IMG/VR virus record: IMGVR_UViG_3300011116_001125
Coordinates: 11,637-75,636 of that record
Reading direction: 5' to 3' (one strand)
DNA: 64,000 nt
From: a virus
A program made the translations under genes and the position numbers. Positions 55,564 through 64,000 of the stretch are shown here, one piece after another. The notes under the pieces were generated by a model that searched no databases, was not told where the DNA came from, and saw only the letters and a list, made by a program, of their open reading frames with translations. Numbering within the stretch: position 1 is the stretch's first letter; each line of letters opens with the position of its first letter.

Positions 55564-57480
55564 GTGGCAACGAAAACCGTACTCCTAACCTCAGGTACAA
55601 CTTGGACTGTACCGTCTGATTTGGACACGACAGTTAACGTAACCGTTATTGGCATTGGCGGCGGCGGTGGTGGCGGCAGAAATACCAATGGTAATAATCC
55701 GGGTGCAGGTGGTGGCGGAGGCGGTGGTTGGTCAACTTCATCAATTAGTTTGTCTGGCGTTTCATCAGCTTTTTATTCAATAGGATCAGCTGGAACTGGA
55801 GCAACAGCAAGTGCTACAAGCGGGACCGCTGGTGGACAGACTTGGTTCAATAAAGCCGCAAATTCTGCGCCAGCATCTTCTACAAATGGTGTTGTTGCCA
55901 ATGGTGGCGGAGGCGGGGCTACAAACAGAACCGGAGGCACCGCAGGCTCAACAACTGGCGCAATCGGAACAACAACCAATGCGGGTGGCGCAGGTGGGAC
56001 TGCAGCCACTAACAATCAAAGCGGCGGCGGTGGCGGTGGTTCTGCGGGTAGCAGTCTTGGTGCAGGCACGGCAGGCGGCGCATCAGGCGCACAGAACGCC
56101 ACAGGTGGTGGTGGCGGCGGTGGTACGGGTGGTGCGGGCACTGCATCTGCTGCTACCAAACCAAGCGCGGGTGGCAATGGCGGTCTAAGTTATTCCGGTG
56201 GCGCAGGTGGAACAGGCGGGGCATCTTCAACCACTGCCGCCGCAGCAGGCGCTGGTAATGCTGGTTCAAACGGTGCGGGTGGCGGTGGTGGCGGTGGCAA
56301 CAGCAACGGTAGCAGCGGCTCAAGTGGTGCAGGTGGTGCAGGTGGTGCAGGCACTGAATACACAATCTCCGCAGGCGGGACGGCTGGCTCTGGTGGTGGC
56401 GGCGGTGGCAGCGGCGGAAATGCAAGTTCTAGTCTACCGGCTGCTGGCGCAACTGCGGGTAATTATGGCGGTGGCGGCGGTGGCGGCGGTGGCGCTGGCA
56501 ACGCTGGTGCAGCAGGTGGCAATGGCGGCAATGGCGCACAAGGTGCCATCATTATCACCTATACTGTCGCAACTTTAGTTTCCGTAACGGGGTTATCAGC
56601 AACAGGATCTGTTGGCACAGTAACAGTTACGCAAACTGCCAATGTCAGCCCAACGGGTGTATCAGCCACAGGCCAAGTTGGCACAGTAACAGTTACGGGT
56701 GCGGCTAATGTAACGACTACGGGCGTATCGGCTACCGGTGAAGTTGGCACAGTATCGGTCACGGGCACAGCCAATGTCAGCCCAACGGGTGTATCAGCCA
56801 CAGGCCAAGTTGGCACAGTAACAATTACGCAAACAGCTAATGTCAGCCTAACTGGCGTGTCAGCCACGGGTTATGTTGGTGACGCAACTGCTCAAACAAG
56901 CGTTGACGTCAGCCTAACTGGCGTGTCAGCCACGGGTTATGTTGGCGATGTAACTGCCATAGGTGGAGCCAATGCCGTTGTTACTGGCGTATCAGCCACA
57001 GGATATGTGGGCCAAGTAACGATTGACCTAGTAACAAAAACTATTGTTAATGTAGACGGTGTCAGTGCAACAGGCGCGGCTGGAACCGTTAGTGTCTCTT
57101 TATCGATTGACGTTCCTGTCACAGGAGTTAGTGGTACTGGTGCGGTTGGTTCAGTAGATATCTACCTTTCACCAAATGTTTCTGTAACAGGTGTCAGTGC
57201 GACAGGAGAAGTTGGTTCTGTAGAAATTCTCCCGGAGACAAATGTCCCTGTCACAGGCGTCTATGGAACGGGGCAGGTTGGAACAGTTTCGTTTATTTTG
57301 TCGCCTAACGCTTATGTTACAGGTGTACAGGCTATTGGATATGTCGGGCAAGTGCTTGTTTGGGGTGATATTGTGCCTTCGCAAACACCTTCGTGGACTA
57401 ACATTGCGCCCTCTGGTGATCCAAGTTATAGTGCAATCAACCCTTCGCAAAACCCCAACTGGGTTCAAATACCCGTATAA
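55564..57480 (+). CDS. Glycine-rich tail fibre / spike protein
   Basis: TSGTTWTVP, IGGGGGGG, long Gly-rich tract, then ~20-aa VTGVSATG.VG repeats. Confidence 0.75.
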   Translation: MATKTVLLTSGTTWTVPSDLDTTVNVTVIGIGGGGGGGRNTNGNNPGAGGGGGGGWSTSSISLSGVSSAFYSIGSAGTGATASATSGTAGGQTWFNKAANSAPASSTNGVVANGGGGGATNRTGGTAGSTTGAIGTTTNAGGAGGTAATNNQSGGGGGGSAGSSLGAGTAGGASGAQNATGGGGGGGTGGAGTASAATKPSAGGNGGLSYSGGAGGTGGASSTTAAAAGAGNAGSNGAGGGGGGGNSNGSSGSSGAGGAGGAGTEYTISAGGTAGSGGGGGGSGGNASSSLPAAGATAGNYGGGGGGGGGAGNAGAAGGNGGNGAQGAIIITYTVATLVSVTGLSATGSVGTVTVTQTANVSPTGVSATGQVGTVTVTGAANVTTTGVSATGEVGTVSVTGTANVSPTGVSATGQVGTVTITQTANVSLTGVSATGYVGDATAQTSVDVSLTGVSATGYVGDVTAIGGANAVVTGVSATGYVGQVTIDLVTKTIVNVDGVSATGAAGTVSVSLSIDVPVTGVSGTGAVGSVDIYLSPNVSVTGVSATGEVGSVEILPETNVPVTGVYGTGQVGTVSFILSPNAYVTGVQAIGYVGQVLVWGDIVPSQTPSWTNIAPSGDPSYSAINPSQNPNWVQIPV

Positions 57481-57489
57481 AGGTGAGTC

Positions 57490-59580
57490 ATGGCGACTAC
57501 GTATTCAAGCAATCTCAAATTGAGTTTAATGGCTACTGGTGAGCAATCTGGTACATGGGGCGACGTCACCAATACAAACTTGGGCACTCTTCTTGAGCAA
57601 GCTGTCGCAGGGTATACTACGCAAGCCCTTTCTGGCGCGGGGCCTACGGCACTTACAATTCCCGATGGCGCAACGGGTACTGGACGCTATTATGTTATTG
57701 AGTTTACTGGTTCACCTACGGCAGGGCACCAAGTTACTGTTCCGGCTGTCCAAAAGCCCTATATTTTCTACAATAATACGAACATAGCCATCACCGTTAA
57801 AGTCAGTGGTCAAACGGGCGTTACAATCGCGGTTGGTAAAAAAGCCATCGTTTACAATAACGGCACTGATATTATTGAAGTAGCAAATGCTCCTGTAACA
57901 GAAGCAGGCACACAAACACTCACCAATAAAACACTTACAAGCCCTATTCTTACGGCACCTGTACTTGGTACGCCTGCATCGGGCACGCTTACCAATGCAA
58001 CGGGTTTGCCTATCAGCACGGGTGTTTCTGGCCTTGGCACAAACGTAGCTACGTTTTTGGCAACGCCTTCTAGTGCAAATCTTGCTGCAACAGTAACAGA
58101 TGAAACAGGCAGCGGTGCTTTGGTTTTTGCCACTTCGCCTTCACTTACTACGCCTGCTCTTTCTGGTGAAACATTTAGCACTTCTGCTACGGTTACAGCA
58201 GGTACGAATGCACAGGGTCAAGGCGCTTTAACAAGCGACTACAGCGTTATTACTACAGCGTCCAGTAATCCATCTGGAGTTACACTACCTACGGCAACTG
58301 CAGGGCGCAGAATAGTTGTTGTCAATAAAGGCGCTAACGCAGTTAACATTTACCCTGCTTCTGGTGCAGCTATAGATGCTTTGACAGCAAACGCAGCAAT
58401 TTCTTTGCCTGTTGCGGGGGTAATGAGTTTTAATGCTGCTTCTTCTACACAATGGTATTCATCTTATAATTTGTACACAAGTTCCACTGCGGCAAACGTT
58501 TCAAGCGTTGGGTTGACCGCACCTGCTTTATTTACGGTTTCAGGATCACCTGTAACAAGCAGTGGTACATTAGCCCTTACTTATTCTGGTACAGCATTGC
58601 CTGTTGCTAACGGAGGTACCGGACTAACTTCGGTTGGGGCAAGTGGAAACGTTCTTACTTCAAATGGAACGTCGTGGGTTTCTTCTGCACCATCTGGCGG
58701 TGGCGGTACAGTTTCAAGTGTTGGCCTTAGCGCACCTTCGTTATTTACCGTAACAAATTCACCTGTAACAACTACGGGCACATTGACTCTTGCTTACACT
58801 AGTGGTCAAGCACTGCCCGTGGCTAATGGTGGAACAGGTGCCGTAAGCTATACAAACGGTCAATTATTGATTGGCAATACGACTGGTAACACACTTACTA
58901 AATCTACACTTACTGCTGGAAGTGGTGTCAGCATTACAAATGGTGCAGGGTCCATTACCGTAGGTATGTCAGGTAGCTATACGGGTACGTTTACCGCAAG
59001 CACTGGTTTGACGGCTACAACTGGTGATGTAAAATCAACGGCGGGTAAAGTTATTGCGGGAAATAACGGTCATTATCTCAATAGTGGCGGCACAGGTACA
59101 GCTACGACAAGACTTTGGCAGGTTTCAGCGACCGCTGCGGGTGATGCAACAGATACATCAATTTATTGGGATAACTCGGCAGCAAAATACTTTTTCAATC
59201 CATCGGGGGTGAACGGTTGTTTAACCCTCACATCCACTCAGTTTGATTGTAACATCACGCCAAGAGCAAATCAAACATCATGGACTTTGATTTCTGATAT
59301 TACGAAAAAGAAAGATATTAGTCCAGTGACTGATTCTGTTCAGCGTGTGATGGCGTTGAAACCAGTTAATTTTACATGGATTGAAACAGAAAAACGTGAC
59401 TCTGGTTTTATTGCCCAAGAGTTTGAAACTGTTTACCCCACAAACGTGCAAACGACGGAAGATGGTAAAAAGGCAATTGCACTAAACATGAATATTTATG
59501 CGGATCTTGTATCTACGATACAGACACTGCAAAACAAGGTTACTGAGCTAGAGGCACGGTTAGCGGCAAACAATATGTGA
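57490..59580 (+). CDS. Tail fibre with C-terminal intramolecular chaperone (peptidase S74-like)
   Basis: TQTLTNKTLT, LPVANGGTG repeats; SDITKKKDI...LKPVNFTW...SGFIAQE...coiled coil. Confidence 0.8.
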   Translation: MATTYSSNLKLSLMATGEQSGTWGDVTNTNLGTLLEQAVAGYTTQALSGAGPTALTIPDGATGTGRYYVIEFTGSPTAGHQVTVPAVQKPYIFYNNTNIAITVKVSGQTGVTIAVGKKAIVYNNGTDIIEVANAPVTEAGTQTLTNKTLTSPILTAPVLGTPASGTLTNATGLPISTGVSGLGTNVATFLATPSSANLAATVTDETGSGALVFATSPSLTTPALSGETFSTSATVTAGTNAQGQGALTSDYSVITTASSNPSGVTLPTATAGRRIVVVNKGANAVNIYPASGAAIDALTANAAISLPVAGVMSFNAASSTQWYSSYNLYTSSTAANVSSVGLTAPALFTVSGSPVTSSGTLALTYSGTALPVANGGTGLTSVGASGNVLTSNGTSWVSSAPSGGGGTVSSVGLSAPSLFTVTNSPVTTTGTLTLAYTSGQALPVANGGTGAVSYTNGQLLIGNTTGNTLTKSTLTAGSGVSITNGAGSITVGMSGSYTGTFTASTGLTATTGDVKSTAGKVIAGNNGHYLNSGGTGTATTRLWQVSATAAGDATDTSIYWDNSAAKYFFNPSGVNGCLTLTSTQFDCNITPRANQTSWTLISDITKKKDISPVTDSVQRVMALKPVNFTWIETEKRDSGFIAQEFETVYPTNVQTTEDGKKAIALNMNIYADLVSTIQTLQNKVTELEARLAANNM

Positions 59581-59589
59581 GTTGATTAT

Positions 59590-61464
59590 ATGCCCCTACA
59601 AAAACTCCAATTTAAACCCGGATTTATCCGTGATTTAACGGCCTATACCAACAAAGGCGGTTGGTATGATGGTAACCTTGTGCGGTTTAGATTAGGGTTT
59701 CCACAATCTATTGGCGGGTGGGTCAAGTATTCGGCCAATACATTTTTGGGTATATGCCGAGCAATTTTCCCATGGAACACGCTCAGTGGTAAATTTTTTA
59801 ATGCCGTAGGAACAAGTTTAAAATACTACGTAGAATACGGTGGCGGTTATTATGATATTACTCCCCTGCGCGATACTGTAGTAATCAGTAATCCTTTTAC
59901 AGCCACCAACGGTTCTAACATCGTTAATGTGTTTGATCTTGCGCACGGTGCGTTAGAAGGTGATTTTGTTACTTTTAGTGGGGCAGTAAGTTTAGGTGGA
60001 AACATCACTGCTGCCGTGTTGAATAAAGAATTTGAAATAACGTATGTAGATACTGATAATTATAAAATTACTGTTTCTGCTACTGCCAATGCTTCAGATA
60101 CAGGAAATGGCGGCACAACTGTAACGGCTAGATATCAAATCAACACAGGCGTGAATACAGCCGTCACGGGCGGTGGTTGGGGTGCAGGTACGTGGGGGCG
60201 TCTTACATGGGGTAGTGCGGTTCCTGTTACAGCTAACACAGCATTAAGGCTTTGGTTCCAAGATAATTTTGGCGAAGTATTATTGTTCAATGTGAACAAC
60301 GGCGGAATTTACGTGTGGAACCCCGCAAGTTCTTCGCTTACCACACCGCCGTACACGTTTAACCGTGCAGTGACACTAGCTAGCCTTTCAACCGATGCAA
60401 CAACACCTACACTAGCTACGCAAGTGATGGTTTCAGACCGCGATAGGCATGTTATTGCTTTTGGCGCAAACATGGGTTCTACCTCTAGCCAAGATGCGTT
60501 GCTTATTCGGTTTAGTAGCCAAGAAGATTATGCCACGTGGACGCCTACTGCAACTAACACCGCAGGTGATTTGCGGCTTGGTACAGGTAGCCGTATTATT
60601 CGTGCGTTAGAAACAAAACGTGAAATTCTAGTGTGGACAGATTCTGCATTGTATTCAATGCAGTTTGTAGGACCGCCGTATACATTTGGTATCACACAAA
60701 TTTCATCTTCCACTACTATTATTAGCGCCAATGCTTTTGCCGCTATTGATGATCTTGTGTTTTGGATGGGCAACCAAAAATTCTACATGTATGATGGCTC
60801 AGCACGTGAGCTTGTTTGCCCTATTAAAAACTACGTGTTCAACAATATGAATGCTTCGCAGGTTGAAAAAATCACAGTAGGGGTTAATTCCGAATTCAAC
60901 GAAATCATCTGGTTTTATCCTTCCGCAAATTCTACCGAATGTAACCTATACGTTACGTATAATTACGTAGACCAAGCATGGACGTACGGTACATTGGCCC
61001 GCACCGCATGGGTGGATCGTGGGCAAGAAGGTTATCCAGTAGCAGCGGGCACAGATGGGTATTTGTATTATCAAGAATACGGTACTAACGATGGCAGCAC
61101 TGCACCTGCTTCGCCATTAAATACGTATATTGAAAGCGCCCCGTTTGAGTTAGGCGAAGGCAACCAAATGTCCTTTGTCAAGCAGTTGATTCCTGACGTG
61201 ACTTTTGTAGATTCTACAAACTCCCCTAGTTTGAACATGACATTAAAAGTTCAAAACTATCCGGGAGGTAACTACAGCACCGCCCAAACAACGTCCTCTG
61301 CTATTACGCAAACAGCAACTATTCCCGTAGAGCAGTATACCAACCAAGTATCGGTAAGGTTACGTGGCAGGCAGGTTACGTTCAGAGTGGAAAGCAATAA
61401 AACCGATACAGGTTGGGTATTGGGTAGCCCCCGTTTAGACATACAACCGGATGGACGCCGCTAA
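59590..61464 (+). CDS. Tail nozzle / stabilisation protein (variant copy)
   Basis: 624 aa, collinear homolog of 46-1920. Confidence 0.7.
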   Translation: MPLQKLQFKPGFIRDLTAYTNKGGWYDGNLVRFRLGFPQSIGGWVKYSANTFLGICRAIFPWNTLSGKFFNAVGTSLKYYVEYGGGYYDITPLRDTVVISNPFTATNGSNIVNVFDLAHGALEGDFVTFSGAVSLGGNITAAVLNKEFEITYVDTDNYKITVSATANASDTGNGGTTVTARYQINTGVNTAVTGGGWGAGTWGRLTWGSAVPVTANTALRLWFQDNFGEVLLFNVNNGGIYVWNPASSSLTTPPYTFNRAVTLASLSTDATTPTLATQVMVSDRDRHVIAFGANMGSTSSQDALLIRFSSQEDYATWTPTATNTAGDLRLGTGSRIIRALETKREILVWTDSALYSMQFVGPPYTFGITQISSSTTIISANAFAAIDDLVFWMGNQKFYMYDGSARELVCPIKNYVFNNMNASQVEKITVGVNSEFNEIIWFYPSANSTECNLYVTYNYVDQAWTYGTLARTAWVDRGQEGYPVAAGTDGYLYYQEYGTNDGSTAPASPLNTYIESAPFELGEGNQMSFVKQLIPDVTFVDSTNSPSLNMTLKVQNYPGGNYSTAQTTSSAITQTATIPVEQYTNQVSVRLRGRQVTFRVESNKTDTGWVLGSPRLDIQPDGRR

Positions 61465-61760
61465 TGGATGTACGTCTTGTACTACCTTCTTTTCAAGTAG
61501 CGCCTAAAGAATACAGCCAAAGCTATTTGAATAATCTTGTCAATATGATAAACGTGGCCTTTACGGCGATGCGTTCTCCCGGAGAAGGCAGGCAATCTAC
61601 TATTGTCATTACCAATATGCCAACTAGCGGTTACGGATTAGAACCCGGAACATTGTTTCAAGTGAATGGGGTGGTTTATATCACACGATTAAACGCCCCT
61701 TATGTTGAAGGTGTTTCTGCAACTGGAAGAGTCGGAGCGGTTACCGTCACTACAGTTTGA
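61464..61760 (+). CDS. Small virion protein (variant copy)
   Basis: Homolog of 1920-2216. Confidence 0.65.
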   Translation: MDVRLVLPSFQVAPKEYSQSYLNNLVNMINVAFTAMRSPGEGRQSTIVITNMPTSGYGLEPGTLFQVNGVVYITRLNAPYVEGVSATGRVGAVTVTTV

Positions 61761-61852
61761 CTTGTGTTTTATGCGTTGGGACGGTATGGTGGTTTGCCAA
61801 ATATCAGGTAGGCCCCTGCATAAAGTCCCATACAACTTAAGGGTATGCTCTT

Positions 61853-63355
61853 ATGCAAGGTATTGAATCACTTGTTCCTGATCAAGCTGCTCCAATGGGC
61901 GATAATTCCGCCATTGTTGAGCAAATAAAGGCTCAACTTCCGCCTGAATTGGTCAATGAACTGCAGGCCGTGATCACACGGATCGCAAGTTTGCCTGTTG
62001 AAAATATTCAGAAGTTTTTATCTATTTTGGATTATATTGACCAAAATAAAGATAATTACGATCAAGTTGTGCAACAACTTATGCAAAGCGGTGAAGTTCA
62101 GCAGGGGGACTTGCCCGCACAATACGACCCTTCGTTGTTTTCTTCTATCAAGGAAATCGCCAATCTTGCCCTACAAATTAAGCAGGGCGCGGGCAATGCT
62201 CCTACAGAAGCACCTCCACAATCATCACCTGAAATGCCTCCTATGGAAATGGCAGTAGGTGGGCTAGCCTCGTATGGGCGTAGGGGCGACACAATGTTGG
62301 CGCATATCAGTCCGTATGAAGCACGCATTTTGCGCAGCTATGGTGGTTCAGGAACAATCAACCCGCGTACGGGTTTACGTGAATACGGGTTTGATTTCGG
62401 TAGTTTGTTTAAAAGTATCGCACCTGTACTTGGTGCGGTAGTCGGTTCGTTTCTACCTTTTGGTAGCGTTATCGGCCCTGCAATCGGTAGTTTTGCTGCA
62501 AGTAAGCTAGCGGGTAATTCAACCGAAGACGCACTCTGGGGGGCTGCGGCTGCGGGTGGGCTAGGGTACTTTGCAGGCCAAACGACCGCCGCACAGCTTG
62601 GCGGCTACGGCTCTGAAGGCACTTCGCTTGGGTCTGCACTTTTTAAGGGTATTCAAGCGCCTGCTGAACAAGGCGGGGGCATTGGCTCTTTGTTTAGCAT
62701 GAGCGCACCAACTGTTCCGCCGCCGCAAGTGGCAACTACGGGTGCCATGCCTACTGACGCAAGCAAAGTATTTTCGCCACCGCCTCAAACTTCGGCGGCA
62801 ACCACGGCAGCGACTACAGCAGCTTCGCCTGCGGCTACGGGTGCATTTGATGCGCGTAACTTTATTTCAGCTACGCCGCAACAACTCCAAGCGGCTAATT
62901 TGACTTCAGATCAGCTTAAACAAATTGTAGACCTTAAAGCCAACTATAAAGCCTTGGGGCTTTCTGCAGGGCCGAATGATTGGATGTCTGGGGTTAGCAA
63001 TTTCGTTACGCAAAACCCACTGCCCACGGCTCTTCTGCTTTCGTCACTGGCTTCTTTGGATAAGCCTGAAAGTAATACGACGCCAGTGGTTACCGCAGGC
63101 CAAAGATACCGCGAAAACCCAAGCAAGTATAATATTCTTGCAAAGGGCGGTATGCCCGTAACCGAAGTTGATGCGCGTGTAGGTGGGCATTTGCAGGGTC
63201 CAGGAACAGGCACAAGCGATAGCATTCCAGCACGTTTAAGTGACGGTGAATTTGTAATGACAGCAAAAGCTGTTCGTGGTGCAGGTGAAGGCGACCGTAA
63301 AGCAGGGGCACGCCGCATGTACGAGCTAATGCACCAATTTGAAAAGAGGGCCTAA
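61853..63355 (+). CDS. Putative internal virion protein (variant copy)
   Basis: 500 aa homolog of 2310-3776 with insertions in low-complexity linkers. Confidence 0.6.
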   Translation: MQGIESLVPDQAAPMGDNSAIVEQIKAQLPPELVNELQAVITRIASLPVENIQKFLSILDYIDQNKDNYDQVVQQLMQSGEVQQGDLPAQYDPSLFSSIKEIANLALQIKQGAGNAPTEAPPQSSPEMPPMEMAVGGLASYGRRGDTMLAHISPYEARILRSYGGSGTINPRTGLREYGFDFGSLFKSIAPVLGAVVGSFLPFGSVIGPAIGSFAASKLAGNSTEDALWGAAAAGGLGYFAGQTTAAQLGGYGSEGTSLGSALFKGIQAPAEQGGGIGSLFSMSAPTVPPPQVATTGAMPTDASKVFSPPPQTSAATTAATTAASPAATGAFDARNFISATPQQLQAANLTSDQLKQIVDLKANYKALGLSAGPNDWMSGVSNFVTQNPLPTALLLSSLASLDKPESNTTPVVTAGQRYRENPSKYNILAKGGMPVTEVDARVGGHLQGPGTGTSDSIPARLSDGEFVMTAKAVRGAGEGDRKAGARRMYELMHQFEKRA

Positions 63356-63358
63356 TCA

Positions 63359-64000
63359 ATGGCTGAGACCACCTTAACCCAACAACAAACCTTGATGGAC
63401 CCAGAAATTGGGCCGTACCTCATTGGTTTGATGGAAAGTGCCAAACAGCAAGGTACCCTTTCTAAAGATGCAGTTATTCCTGAATACAAGTTTGCTGATT
63501 TTACGCCTGAGCAAAAACAGGCGTTTCAAATGGCGCAACAAGGTATTGGGTCATATCAACAGTTTTTTGATAAGTCCGGTGCGCTGTATGGCGATGCGGC
63601 AAAACAATTTGCGGCGCTTCCTAAATTTGGGACAGAAGCCGTAAAATCTGTATCTGATGCAAAAGCTGCCGCTGAGCCTTACATGGGTACTGCCGCAGAA
63701 AAATACGGCAAAGTAAGCGATATCGCTGGGCAGGGTATTGCTACCACAAAAGCGGGTGCCGAAGCTGCCAAGCCCTTGTTAAGCACGGCAGAAGGTTCGT
63801 ACCTTACACTGCCTACTTACGCTAAAGAAGCCGCAGCCACAACTGCTGCAGGTCGCGAAGCTGCATTAGGCAAAACAGGCCAAGCCGCTAAAGGTTATGA
63901 AAGCCTTACTGGTTACGCCGATACCGCACAACGTTTAGCGGCGGCAGGGGCACAAGGTTTTGACACTGCTAGCACCGCCAAGTTTATGGACCCTTACCCA
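63359..64000 (+). CDS. Putative ejection / pilot protein (variant copy, truncated by window end)
   Basis: MAETTLTQQQTLMDPEIGPYL homologous to the 3780 ORF. Confidence 0.65.
   Translation, partial: MAETTLTQQQTLMDPEIGPYLIGLMESAKQQGTLSKDAVIPEYKFADFTPEQKQAFQMAQQGIGSYQQFFDKSGALYGDAAKQFAALPKFGTEAVKSVSDAKAAAEPYMGTAAEKYGKVSDIAGQGIATTKAGAEAAKPLLSTAEGSYLTLPTYAKEAAATTAAGREAALGKTGQAAKGYESLTGYADTAQRLAAAGAQGFDTASTAKFMDPYP

Larger units (their letters stand above)
46..59589. mobile_element. One complete unit of a podovirus-like dsDNA phage genome (circularly permuted as shown)
   Basis: Terminase, portal, capsid, tail, lysis and replication genes are all present; gene order restarts at 59590 with a homolog of ORF 46-1920. 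Confidence 0.92.
59590..64000 (+). repeat. Diverged second copy of 46-~4400
   Basis: Same four genes in the same order, with many synonymous changes and small indels. Confidence 0.95.

Noticed and set aside
55564-59580. Diversity-generating retroelement target in the tail fibres
   Set aside because: No reverse transcriptase and no adenine-specific TR/VR pair seen; the repeats are ordinary coding repeats.
59590-64000. Direct terminal repeat or simple circular overlap
   Set aside because: The copies are substantially diverged, not identical.
1-64000. Integrase/att sites, tRNAs, phage RNA polymerase, alternative genetic code
   Set aside because: None recognised; long ORFs tile the genome under the standard code and all three stop codons are used.

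Overview
The window holds an apparently complete ~59.5-kb tailed-phage genome (podovirus-like: P22-type portal, nozzle and ejection proteins, no tape measure or sheath), followed by a diverged second copy of its first ~4.4 kb. ORF 46-1920 recurs at 59590-61464, giving a 59,544-bp period. Modules: internal virion/ejection proteins and GH108 endolysin (0-11 kb); replication (SNF2 helicase, SSB-like, AEP primase, UvrD helicase, PolA; 11-26 kb); a thymidine-modification cluster (19.5-26.2 kb); an array of small accessory genes with their own promoters (26-34 kb); packaging and head genes (TerS, resolvase, TerL, portal, GroES, scaffold, capsid; 34-48 kb); small basic xxGG-motif proteins; neck and tail fibres (49-61 kb). 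No integrase, RNA polymerase, tRNA or CRISPR array was seen. Three signals stand out. (1) A covarying RNA hairpin with an NNAGAAAG loop sits on the ribosome-binding site of about 15 early/middle genes and none of the late genes I checked, which suggests a phage-wide translational operator. (2) CCGG and CCWGG sites almost always occur as TCCGG/CCGGA and TCCWGGA, a probable footprint of a T hypermodification in TC context. (3) The T-modification cluster pairs a 5-hmdU-kinase helical domain with a twitch/SPASM radical SAM enzyme and a GT-B glycosyltransferase, and lacks a recognisable P-loop kinase. All counts and protein calls were made by eye and by motif recognition, not by database search.
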